Shown: in pieces, positions 32,173 through 44,799 of the stretch
Position numbering within the stretch: position 1 is the stretch's first letter
Layout of the letters: every line of letters starts with the position of its first letter
From: Adineta vaga
Taxonomy: Eukaryota > Animalia > Rotifera
Length of the DNA: 64,000 bases
Reading direction: 5' to 3'
Assembly (NCBI GenBank): GCA_021613535.1
Contig: CP075494.1
Span: 11,036,001 to 11,100,000 of the forward strand
The notes under the pieces: generated by a model
Database searches by the model: none
Told to the model about the DNA's origin: nothing
What the model saw: only the letters and a program-made list of their open reading frames with translations
Translations under genes and position numbers: made by a program

Positions 32173-33838
32173 TCATTTACAAAAATGTCGTTCAATTCGT
32201 TTTACACAACGTTTGCAACGTACTTCACAGCACCAATGAAATTGACAATCACAATCTTCTTCGATTGTTGAGATAATTGTTTCATATCCACGATCACAAC
32301 ATAAGACTGAACAACTTCCAGGTTCATTTCTGGTTAAATTACATTCACGTCCTTGTGTACCTAATGAACCAAGACGAGGATTTTTTTCACAAAACGATGG
32401 AGATGTATGAATGTGGATAAGATCAGTTGTATTGAAATCCTTTTGTGATGATTTTCGTGGTTTAAGAAGATTCAAATGACGATTGAGTCGTACTTGTGTT
32501 GCACTTGCATATTTTGTTCGTAAATCCGAACCAATCAGACGAAAGTCAGGTAATGTACGCCAACAAACACGTAATGTACATGATCCACTAACACCATGGC
32601 ATTTACATGTTAATTGAACATTACGTTCAACAGCCTAAAATAAATTTTCATTAATATGAATAAAAAAAACCTTTTCTTCTTCTTCTGTTCTTACCTGTCT
32701 TCCAGCTTCATTATTATGTAAATTAACCATTCGAACAATACGACGACGAGTAATAAACATTTCTTGTCGATCAATAAATGACATACTAACATTACGACCG
32801 AATTTTAAATCATCTGAACATCCACCCCATTCAAAACCATCTGTTACAGCCTTATTCAAAGGTGTTGTTGATATTGCTCGTATAGATCGACTTCTTGCTT
32901 GACTTTTATCACAGCCGCATTCTGTTAATTCACCTTTCGCACAAGCCTTTGCAATATTATGCATGACTGCCGCTGATGTAAGTGCATAGATGAAAGCTAT
33001 TTCAGGTGTTTCTAGAAAAAAAAATGTACATAAATATACATCACTTCAGGTGGTCTAATTATCCTCTCTCTCTCTCTCTTCCTGTCGCTGAACATATTGT
33101 TTGGGAAGAAAAGAAAGAGTAAGATCAGGGTCTTATCGAATGGTATGTTTTAGCTTCAAGGCAAATTGAACGAAGAGTATTCTTGTCTCGAGTTGTATAT
33201 CGATGACGACATCAAATAAAAGAGAAAAACTTCAACGATACATGATGTAATATAATTACATGTTCTCAATATTCACTGACAACTTCTTCTTCCTCTACAG
33301 TTAGAAACAGAAATCTTACTTCTTGCAATTAATTTTCCAAAAACTTCAGGTTGATTAAAAAGTGAACAATTCCATCGTTGATTCCGAAATTGATATTGAC
33401 ATTCATCAATAGCTAAACGTATTGAACGAGTAATAATTGAGAATATTTTTGGATTATTTTGACATTGAAGACGTTGTTCAATAGTTAAAAAAGTTAATGA
33501 TGTACAGAATTGTTTTTGTTCAATTGAACGTTGAGACGATGACCATAGTTGAAATGAAGGTAAACCAAGAGACCTAGAACAAAATTGACATGTTAAAAGA
33601 AGAAACGAATTTGACAGATCAAAGAAGTCGAGTACAAACGATAGAACGTTCGTTTTTCTCACCACAGCTTGCTTAAGAACTAGCAAAATGTGTGAGAATG
33701 CTCTTTGATGTGATCTTGACTTCAAAAACAATCTCTCCTACTGAGACATATCTCAGATACTTACCACCAAAATCCATCACAATATTGAATAAGAATAATA
33801 ACAATGAAGATATATTGGTGATAATGTAGAAGATGCAT
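32173..33838 (-). CDS. Wnt: Wnt ligand (closest by eye to Wnt4-type; subfamily uncertain), 4 exons
   Basis: Signal peptide; ECQYQFRNQRWNCS; WGGCSD; NLHNNEAGR; CKCHGVSGSC palmitoleoylation motif; SPSFC; CCDRGY; CQFHWCCEVRC. Confidence 0.95.
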
Positions 33839-35103
33839 TAGATATGTATATAAATTGAACAAATGACAAATTTTTCTTGTCTACGACAAACACACCTATA
33901 TGTATGTATGTATGTATGTGTATATAAGAGAGAATAGGATAAAGTGAACATTTCTCTACCTTTTATAACAAGAGCAATAGAGAGGAAGCCAATCTGTATG
34001 GACAAATTTTTCTTTTCTCTCTCTCTCTCATGACGAAAAAAAAGAGGAGAGTAAAGTGAAAGTGATGCGATTATATTCAAGAAAAAATTGATTGGTCTTT
34101 AAAAATTTCAAAAGAAATAAAACATCCGGTCTACAGATTGCTGGTTTCAAACAAAAAACTTTCAAGTGATTAAATGCAATCAATTCCCTCGTGAGTTTAT
34201 TGAACAATGTTAATCTTTTTTCGTCTACTTGTTCGTTATACTCTAACTTCAAAGTCGAATTTCATGCTGATTAGTGATTAAATTGCTCGATTGAATATAT
34301 GCATGCATGAGTTCAATATCATCAATGTCATTACATCTGTCCACTTTTTCCTCTTTCGTCTTCTCATCATTAAACCTTTGAAGAAATTTCCACAGCTGTG
34401 TGTCGATATTAGATCATCATATTTTGACAGGAAGTGAGGTATCATAACGTTCATGTGACAATAAAACGAAACTTTTTGAGCAATGTTTATATCCCGCTAG
34501 TACCAGCTTGTTTCAACCTTTAAAGAAGAAAAGTTTTTATCACCTTAATCGTGTCGATTAATCAGACAAGTGTCAAGTGATAATAAAACAACGACGATGA
34601 CTTCTTCTCTCCGGGACATAAATGATTCATATCGCGCAACCGGCTTAGTTTAGTTGTTTAATTTTTGTCTTGAGATTGTATCGTGATGTTTGTATATTTG
34701 TTAGAAAAACAGTTTGCGATTATGATCGAACCACAGGAAGATTCTTTTGAAAACAAATAAGATCATGAGACATGATGTCGAATACTTTCATAGACAATTT
34801 CGAAACGAACGAAAATTTGTCTAATCGTTAATGACTTTGTCAAAGATAATTAACATTAGTATCAACTAATTGCTTTTTCATGAGATTTAATTGATGGTTA
34901 AAATATAGCTTTCGTTCGATTGATAGGAGAAACAATGTATTGATTTTTTATTGACCTTATTGTTTAGAAGATAGAAGAGAGAACAAAAAAAAATCAGAAA
35001 GGTTTGCTTTGATAATAATGTCAAGTGATTTCTTTCGATCGTATGTGATGTTAAATGAGAAAATTTAAAAATAAAAACTGTTTCAAGTGTTTTTATAATC
35101 ATA

Positions 35104-36651
35104 TTATGGACAGTTGAAAGGTTGACCACAAGTTTTACTATGTCCACCACCTGATCTTAAGACATTTTGCTGCCATGTCCATAAAATTTCTGGATCTAAG
35201 CCATGTAAAACAAGATAATAATTTACAAGACATTCAATAGCACAATCGCCGGCACCAGGTGTATCACATCCATTGTCACCAACGGTACCTTCACATACTA
35301 TTGTATTATATTTTGCTTGTTTCCATACATTTTTATATTGACCAGTAATGATACGAACTAGATCTGAAAATTCTAAATACATATTCAAATAAGTTTGCAT
35401 ATTTGATAAAGTACCATAAGCGATTTGATCCGTTACACCTGTACGTATTCGTCCATCATGATGTGAACACCAATAGTAGTGTTCTCTAAAAGGATGAGGT
35501 AGAAAAATTCGTGCTTCATTATCGAAAGCACTGAAAGTAGGCAGATCAGGAATAGTTCCCCAAAAATCTGTATCTGGTCGAAGACGAAGCACATAATCAT
35601 ATGTAATACCTTCCGATAACATGTAATTTCGCATTAATTGACCTGCTAAATATACTGTTTTAAGTTGTGATTGTAAACGATTTAATTTAGTACCACATTG
35701 TTTTATTTCTGAAGCATCAACTCCAGAAAATTTTTCTTCTATTTCATTGACATGTCGAACACGAGCAATCTTTAAATTTTCTTTATAACATTTTTGTAAT
35801 TCTGCAAGAACCGTCTCGTTATTTACGAGAGTATTGCGAGGAAGATACGCGTCTTCCACGTATGTAAAGACAAAAACATCCACTGAATTGTTATATTTTT
35901 GTTGCCATTTCTTTACAATCTTCTCAGTATGCGAAAGACATGCTACAGTATTTGTACGAAAGAAACCAGCAATTACCATTGCCAATCGAGGATTTTTTCC
36001 TTTACTACTCGTGATCATCTGTGTGGGCATTGTATGAGATTGATAGATAACTTCAGGATGTAATATGCATACTTGTTTTAAACTTTCTCTCTGAGCATAG
36101 ATTGCTAATAAACCAGAATCTTCAATTGATAAAAATGGAGAATTTTTAGTTGTGCTAAGTTTTTTACATTGCGGTAATAAACTAGAAGTCCATGTTGTTT
36201 TCCATTCTGATAGAAATGTCGGTTTTATACGAACTCGAAGAACTCCATTGAACGTTATATCAACAATGCGTTCACCAGGCCATGAGTCACCAGTTGATGT
36301 AGAAAAGAGTGATTTTTCGAATAGATATGTTGATGTGAACGTATTACTACTTTGTATATAACGAAGGTTACCTGATGATTCTAATCGCAGAATAAATTGC
36401 CCATTTGGTGACCTAAGTTCTGGATGTGTCATATTCAACGGATTTTTTAGTGTTAACTGCGATCGATTTTTAACAACGGATTTACTTATCAGTGAAGAAT
36501 ATCCTTTATTTAGAGACATTTGTAATGTTAATTGATATAAATAAGAAAGTTTTGATCTGTCAAAGAATATGTAATAGATAATAATTAAACAAAATACTGC
36601 AGACAAGATGAATATCATGACGCAAATCGATCTAAGATGGGTCTTCATCAT
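35104..36651 (-). CDS. Intronless type II membrane protein: bulb-type-lectin-like domain + putative glycosyltransferase-like domain
   Basis: 515-aa ORF; N-terminal TM; LRSPNGQFILRLESSGNL and LSIEDSGLLAIY B-lectin-like strands; RLAMVIAGFFRT, VDVFVFTY, YDYVLRLRPD and TDQIAYG motifs of an uncharacterised GT-A-like family. Confidence 0.75.
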   Translation of the reverse strand: MMKTHLRSICVMIFILSAVFCLIIIYYIFFDRSKLSYLYQLTLQMSLNKGYSSLISKSVVKNRSQLTLKNPLNMTHPELRSPNGQFILRLESSGNLRYIQSSNTFTSTYLFEKSLFSTSTGDSWPGERIVDITFNGVLRVRIKPTFLSEWKTTWTSSLLPQCKKLSTTKNSPFLSIEDSGLLAIYAQRESLKQVCILHPEVIYQSHTMPTQMITSSKGKNPRLAMVIAGFFRTNTVACLSHTEKIVKKWQQKYNNSVDVFVFTYVEDAYLPRNTLVNNETVLAELQKCYKENLKIARVRHVNEIEEKFSGVDASEIKQCGTKLNRLQSQLKTVYLAGQLMRNYMLSEGITYDYVLRLRPDTDFWGTIPDLPTFSAFDNEARIFLPHPFREHYYWCSHHDGRIRTGVTDQIAYGTLSNMQTYLNMYLEFSDLVRIITGQYKNVWKQAKYNTIVCEGTVGDNGCDTPGAGDCAIECLVNYYLVLHGLDPEILWTWQQNVLRSGGGHSKTCGQPFNCP

Positions 36652-37413
36652 TTTATGAAATGGTAGTAAATTAAACCTGAAATAAAAGATATGAAGTGTA
36701 GCGTGTATTTTGAGTGAAATTTCAGTTTGAATGCGTTCATATACTGTTCTTCAACGTACGTCGTTGATTACAGTATAGAATGTCTAATATCTACTGCTAG
36801 GGTTTTATTTGATGATGATGAAAAATACACACCACATCAGACCGACTATAGAGGATAAAACGAACGCATATGTATGATCGATCGAATCGAGAGTTGAGAC
36901 ATGATACAGTGAAATGATGATACGTGATCGAATAGATATCATCATGAAGAAAGAAACATATCTGATCGAGAGAAAAGAAGAATAAGAGAAACACTATGAA
37001 CGCTCTCGTAAAATTCATTTTTAAAATTATCAATGAAAACTTTAGTATAATTTTAAAAAAATCTAAACTTATAATAAATAACAAAACGGATGACAGTCAA
37101 GAAAAGCTGTCGCGCGGCTGCCGGGCCGCTGCGGACATCTCTGCATCATAACTCTTTTTTTGACAGAAATAGGCAAAGAAACACTTTGTCGAAGTAGAAC
37201 ATAAATAAATAAGTTTCTCCTTTTCTTATATTGTTTAAGTGACATATTCTTGGTTCTCGCTGTCATGAACGATTCATTAGCATAAAGTAGCGCCCTCTAT
37301 TATTGATTCTCATGATATACTTCTATCAACCATTCAAGTTCTTCTCGGATATTTTTAATATTTTACGTACCAAAGAAAACAGGCAGAGAAAGAAGAAAAC
37401 TACGATTTCAATC

Positions 37414-37668
37414 ATGTCTATTATTGATAAACAATATCGTGAAAAATGTTGGCTAGCACGTGATGATTATTGGAAATGTCTCGATCTGAGTAAAGAAGAA
37501 AAAGACAAATGTTTAAAACTCCGTCAACTATTTGAAACAAGTTGTCCAGCAACTTGGGTAACACATTTTGATCAAAAACGTGAATATGATATATTTAAAC
37601 GACAACTTGCAAGTGGACAAGTCGAAACAGATAAATTAAAATCTATCAAAAAACAATCAACATCTTGA
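37414..37668 (+). CDS. COA6: Cytochrome c oxidase assembly factor 6
   Basis: REKCWLARDDYWKCLD..CLKLRQLFETSCPATWVTHF: the CX9C-Xn-CX10C motif. Confidence 0.9.
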   Translation: MSIIDKQYREKCWLARDDYWKCLDLSKEEKDKCLKLRQLFETSCPATWVTHFDQKREYDIFKRQLASGQVETDKLKSIKKQSTS

Positions 37669-37857
37669 TTTTTATTGAAATAACAGTCCGTTGAATGTTC
37701 CAGTAGTTGTTCTTTTTCCGAATAAAAATCTATACCATTTAGGTAATTTATTGAATTTGTTTTCTTTATTTATTTCATGAAGTGAACAATTTATTTTCGA
37801 TCCTATCATCACACTTACATATCACTAATTAATATGAAGGTAGGTTATCTAAATATC

Positions 37858-38361
37858 TTATTTGATTTTGATTTTGAAACTCTTATTTGTAATTGCTGAA
37901 ATTACCGATCGAATTGTTAGTATGAATGTAATACAAGTTAAAACAAAGAGAATTGTATGTTCCGTATCAGGAATTACTTCATGGTCTCTGAATGGAGGTA
38001 AAATTCGATGATGATGCGCATGATACTGTTGATACTGTTCTAATTTTTTACCACTTTCATCCATATACCAAAGACCTTTCCGAAAAAAATAAGGTAACCA
38101 CCATGTAAAGATCTGTCCAACAGTAAAGAGCATTAGATAAGGTATATAGAGTAACATTGCCCATTTAATTCGATGATAATAAACATAAGCAGCGGCTAGA
38201 TGAGGTAAGGAATTGATTTGAACTGTTAGAAAATATGCATTCGTACCAAATAATTGACGATGATGACTATGTGTTGTATAGTTTTTGATTTCTAATTGCC
38301 ATGCAAGATATTCATAGAGAAATAGAATCAATTGAAATATACATACATTTAATAACGACAT
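37858..38361 (-). CDS. Intronless small multi-pass membrane protein of unknown function (HGT candidate)
   Basis: 167-aa ORF with about 4 hydrophobic helices; motifs QIFTWWLPYFF and ILPPFRDHEVIPDTEHTIL. Confidence 0.7.
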   Translation of the reverse strand: MSLLNVCIFQLILFLYEYLAWQLEIKNYTTHSHHRQLFGTNAYFLTVQINSLPHLAAAYVYYHRIKWAMLLYIPYLMLFTVGQIFTWWLPYFFRKGLWYMDESGKKLEQYQQYHAHHHRILPPFRDHEVIPDTEHTILFVLTCITFILTIRSVISAITNKSFKIKIK

Positions 38362-38502
38362 TTTGGATTTTGTTTCGCGATAAGTATCCTATGAGTATTT
38401 ATACATGAAAAAAATGACGGCTTTTTTCTGATGCAATGTTAATATTCTTTATCTATGACAATTGTATACATTTGTTTATCGGTTGGTTCTTATGTTCGTT
38501 AT

Positions 38503-39390
38503 TTACAATAATGGACTTTGCTGTGACATTGATAGTTGTAGATAATTTTGTATTGCTTCTATGCCCATTTTACAGATATGTAATGGTGGACAAGTTAAAG
38601 GATTCTCATCAATATTCGTTGATAAAGGATTAAGTGTCCAATCTAAATGCTTCAATTGCCCAAAACGATCTGGTAAACTTTTCAATTGATTCCTTCCTAA
38701 CCATAATGTTTGTAATTGAGTTAAATCACAAAGAATATCAGGCCATTCATTTAAACTATTTCTGAATAATAATAATGTTTGTAAATATTTCAATTTCACT
38801 AATGAACATGGTAAAATTTCGATTTGATTACAACTTAAATCGAGAAATTTCAATCTTTTCATATGACATATAACAAATGGAAAGACTTGAAAACAATTCG
38901 ACGCTAAATGTAAACTTTCTAATCGTATTAATGCTTGAAATGACAATGGTAATGTTTGTAATTTATTGCATGATACTGTTAAACATTCAAGATTTCTCAA
39001 TTCACTGATTTCATTTGGTAAAGATGTTAAAGCATTAACATCAAGATTAAGAATACGTAAACGATACAGATAGCCAATTTCACGTGGAAGATAATCAAGA
39101 CGAAAGTCTAAACCAGATAGGTGTTCAATAGATAAATCAAGGATTTCTAATTCAGATAAACGAAAGATTTCTGAAAAGATAAATGAATTTTTAGATGAAC
39201 ATGTTTCTTGTCTCTTACTCCTACCTGATGAAATTGGTAAAACAGAACGACCACTTAATTTCAATCGTCGTTTATTTCTTTCAACTTGATAAGTATTCGA
39301 ATGAGATATAAGAGCTTTAAATTTCGATACAGCCATTAAAACTGTAAAACTAGCAGCCGCACGACGAACAGTAATGATATTTCGATACAT
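38503..39390 (-). CDS. Leucine-rich repeat protein (start probably ATG 39390)
   Basis: About 8 LxxLxLxxNxL repeats and an NPL..PP..I...G..AI..YL C-terminal cap. Confidence 0.88.
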   Translation of the reverse strand: MYRNIITVRRAAASFTVLMAVSKFKALISHSNTYQVERNKRRLKLSGRSVLPISSGRSKRQETCSSKNSFIFSEIFRLSELEILDLSIEHLSGLDFRLDYLPREIGYLYRLRILNLDVNALTSLPNEISELRNLECLTVSCNKLQTLPLSFQALIRLESLHLASNCFQVFPFVICHMKRLKFLDLSCNQIEILPCSLVKLKYLQTLLLFRNSLNEWPDILCDLTQLQTLWLGRNQLKSLPDRFGQLKHLDWTLNPLSTNIDENPLTCPPLHICKMGIEAIQNYLQLSMSQQSPLL

Positions 39391-39847
39391 CTTGATAGTA
39401 TTTCTTTCTCTTTGTTCTAATGTAGAAGTGAAATTATTTATGAGAAAGAAAATATTCACACTAAATTGAAAGGTGTTATTTTTATTAATAGTTCATTTCC
39501 GTCCAAATGACAAAACATAGAATTTCTTGTCAAGAATAAGTTTGATTGTTACAGTTACAGATTTGTTCATCAAAATGAATCATTGATATGCAGACATAAA
39601 TAATAAAAAGATTTTCTTCTGATTTTTTGTTTCGGTTGATGGTTATTTTTTTTCTTAAATCCTCTTCTTTTTTTGTTTCTTCAAAGAATATAACAAAACA
39701 CACTAGCTCACTGTTTTCACATGAATAATACATACAAAAAACAATGGAAAAAAACCAACACACACACATATAGAGAATTTTACGCATGTTTCTGTATTGA
39801 TTATTATGTGAATGGCTAGTGAGTCCAGAACCAATTGTTGAATCATT

Positions 39848-40860
<1,013 letters not shown>

Positions 40861-41849
40861 GATGATATGATTATAAGTTTGGAATTTTTTACACACGGAT
40901 CTAAAAAAAAATAGATATGAAAGATTATATAGAATAGAATTAAGTAAGTATGCGTTTTTTGTTTTTTATTTATTATTTGTATGTGAATCGATTTCTATAG
41001 CCATGTTATATTGCATGTTTAAAAGTCCTCATATTCGTCTTTGATGGATTGTGATTGGTCGATGAAAAAGTCCAGCAAATATCGAGGTTTTTCTCGTTTT
41101 GGATCGATGTCAGAACAGGAAAAAAAATGATGCGAATGCGAAGTGAGTGTGTAACATACGTGTTGTTCTTCTTCGTGATTAATCAATCAACCTTATGCTC
41201 ACCCTTATCGGTCAATAGATCGAATGATTGAGATTCTTTTTCTCTTCTTCTTCTTCTTATTATATTGTTATTATTACATAAAAGAAACCGTAGAATTGCA
41301 AGTTTTAAAAGATCTTTTTCATAGGAAATTAATATATTTTCTCTATCCATACGATGTTAATGTTCTACAATGAACTATTTCCTTCATGTCATAGTTTAAA
41401 AATCCATTGTAGGATGCTTCTCTTCCCTTTCATGTATAACAGTGACATTGGAGTTGGACTATTTAATGGAATTAATAATGTCACAACCATTATCAACAAT
41501 GTATTTCTCTTGAGGAAAGTGAAGGTGGAAGTGAGAGAGTATGTAGTCATCATCGTCCTGAATAAATTCAATAGGCGACAATTGATTTTACGCAAGACAC
41601 ACACGATAAATGCGTTGATTTACCTATAGGTTAAAGCATGAAGAAAAAAGAAAGAGAGAAATAATTCTCGTCGCTTGATGTAATCTTTCTATATAGTAAG
41701 TTGAGCGGTCGACAAATATATACAGATGAAAAGAGAAAGAACAAAATGGACAACCTGACACAATTTATTTTTCTTTCAACAATGTACAACATACGAACAA
41801 TGAAGATATAAAATTTATGTTCTATTTATCACACGTCTCTATTTTTTAG

Positions 41850-44715
41850 ATGGCTAATCAACAAGCTCAGGCACGTGGATCAAAAGGTAGCTATTTTTCT
41901 CGGAAAAAAAGAAGATTCTTTTCTTCATGGATAATATTCTTTTAGAATATGTTGTTTTAATTCCTTTACAAAAAACTTCGACTCTCAATACTGTTCAAAT
42001 CGAAAGACGAAATGTTACAGATATAACGGATAAAAACATTCTTCATATCGGTAGTGGACGAAATGTGGATTTCATTATATATAAAAATTCTTATCCAGGT
42101 AGATATTTTTCAAACGATTCATCTATTTTCTTCTAGAAAAAAATCTTGTTTCATAGCGCAACGTGACAATGAAACAGCACAATTCTCTTCTCAATTTAAA
42201 GTCTTTATGACTGACAAACAAACAGAAGAATATCATCAAGAAAATCGTACTTTACGTTTTTGGTTTTATCATTTAACACCCAATGATTGTTTATCTGATG
42301 CACATAAATTTATTCGTACATTATTCAAATCTGATGAATTTCCTCGCGGTAAATAAACATAAAGAAATTTCTTCTTGAAGAATTTTCTTTTGCAGATTAT
42401 TTTTCTTTTATCAAACGACTCATGGAATTATTACGTATGTTTACACGAATTCGAAAAATTGAATTAGAAATTCAAACATTGAATGGTCAAAATCCCGAGA
42501 TTGAAGATCATCCAAGTAGGTTGATTTATATTTTCATATGAAAAAAAAACAAACAAAATAATACATAATTATCAATTTTCAGCTGAACAATATATTTCAC
42601 GTCTAATGCTATATGATAATGATTATCTTTCCGAAAGTAGTATTTTCGAATACATAACTAACGTAGATCTAATAACAGCTAGGCTTATATTTATTATCCG
42701 AGAAAACGTTTTTTTTTTCGGGGGAAAAGAAAATAAATATGTTAGAAATAATTGATTTAGTAATGTTAGTTGTAGTTGAATCAAATCAGGATATCATGTA
42801 TGATTTATTTGATTACTTTAGTGCATGGAAAGAATCCGAAAAGATATGCTGATTTAATTAAAGAAAAATTATTGGATTTACTTGAACAAGCATTTCCCAA
42901 TCCAATGTCAGTCAATGATTTAGCTAAGTATGTTCATGAAAATTGTTCTTATTGTTTCATACATGAGATTTGTTTCAAGATATGTTGAATGTGATGGTCA
43001 AACAGTATTTCAATATCTTATTGAATTAGAAAATAAAAATCTTGTGAAAAATCTTGATCAAGATGGTCAACAATGGATACGTGTGATTATTGCAGCAGAA
43101 GAAGAAGACACTCATAGTTTGTTTGAAAAAAGAATTCATTATCTTTCATTGCTGTCTTTTTCTTTGTAGAAGTAATACTCTATAAATCAATTGCAGAACT
43201 ATCATCGTCATTCCAACCAACAATTGCTATTATAACTGTAAATTATTTTGAAAAATTAGCAGTTGATGCTATGATTGAAAATAAAGTGACTTTCGTTCGA
43301 CATAAAGCTGGTAATGAAATACGATTTGATATAAGTTATTTCCATACTTGATTTCTTTTTCAAGGTGAATCAAATGTTTATACAATTGGTACGATCGGTT
43401 CACATCATGTTGTTTCAACAAAATTACCTTTAATTGGTCGTAGTCGTACAGCACAAATATCTACAGGAAGTACAACAACTCGATTATTAGGAACATTTCA
43501 ACATGTTCAACATGTGTTTATTCTGGGATGTGCCGGTGGTGTACCACATTATACAGATGCAACAAAGCATGTTCGACGTGGGGATGTTATCGTTGGATAT
43601 CCTAATGAAGAAGATTATGTTTATGGTAAGTAATTATATTATAGAAATGAGATATTTCTCGATCTCGAAAGTCTCTGATGATATAATTAGCAATGGAAAA
43701 GATATGGATCAATAATTGATTGAACTTTTCTTCTTCTTCATTCTAAGATAAACACTTCATTTCTTTGCTTGTGAACACTTGTAAATGAGTTTGGACCGTT
43801 CTATCATGTCGGGTATTAAATGGCATAGAATAATGGAAAAGATTATATAACACGAGTAGGTGAGACAAGTTAATCAGGTCACACTATATGTCAAACATGA
43901 GAAATGGATTAGAAAAAGGAAAAGAGAATAAATAAACGACATTTTTTTCTTTCTCATAGATTTATTCTAAAGTAATAGTGACTAAAGAAATGAGTTATTT
44001 TATCCTTGTTTGAGGATGAATAACAGATCAATAGTTTGATTTTGATTAACAAAAGATTTTATTTTCGATTCATTTAGGTATCTATGAAGCTGAACAATCA
44101 CCAGAAGGTTATGAATTTATTTCTACATGTTATAAACCAAAAAGTTTTCAATTATATCAACTTATGGAACCAATTAAAGAAAATTATCAACAAACAAATT
44201 CAACTCGACCGATGACACATAAATATCCATGGGAAAAATTTCTTGAAGAAGGTATTCAATACTTACTTTCACATAATATCGATTGTTTACCACCATCAAC
44301 TGATCGTCTTCATATTAAAATGGATAATGGTGAAATAGTTGAAGTTAAACATCCTGATCAAACTCGAAAAGATTATCATCGACCAACAATACGTTTTGGT
44401 ATGATTGCTGGTGGTAAAAATCTTCTAACAAATGATTATTTAAAAACAACATTATGTGATCGATGTAATGTCTTATGTTTTGATTCAGAAATCGATCAAG
44501 TTATTGCTGCTGTTCAAGGTAATCGAACGGAATCATTTATGATCATACGTGGCATATCTGATTATCATGATGGAACTTTAAATAAAGAATGGCAACCATT
44601 TTCATCCTTATGTGCAGCTGCATTCATGAAAACAATTATCTATAAAATACCTAAACCGTCCAGGCAAAATCCTCTTGTACAATCGACAAGTGATCATGAT
44701 GAAGATATTCTTTGA
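41850..44715 (+). CDS. Winged-helix + nucleoside phosphorylase-fold (PNP/MTAN-like) protein, multi-exon
   Basis: LLDLLEQAFPNPMSVNDLA...LIELENKNLV (HTH-like); PTIAIITVNYFEKLAVDAM, YTIGTIG, LGCAGGVP, VRRGDVIV, IIRGISDYHDG, WQPFSSLCAAAF. Confidence 0.82.
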
Positions 44716-44799
44716 AAATCGTGAACTGTCTACATTTCATTTTATATACATACATATATATATAAATATTGTCTTCTCTGTTTTACTTTTTTTTCGTAA

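Noticed and set aside
40901-41201. Possible second snoRNA in the RPS5 5' UTR intron
   Set aside because: Only a short 3' stem and an ACA are visible; no convincing 5' hairpin
41490-41565. TCT-TGA-G site resembling an antizyme +1 frameshift
   Set aside because: The +1 frame closes after about 17 codons and has no antizyme similarity
43790-43905. Weak hairpin-AAAAGA-hairpin-ACA pattern in a long intron of the WH-PNP gene
   Set aside because: Stems are short and irregular, which is expected by chance in AT-rich DNA
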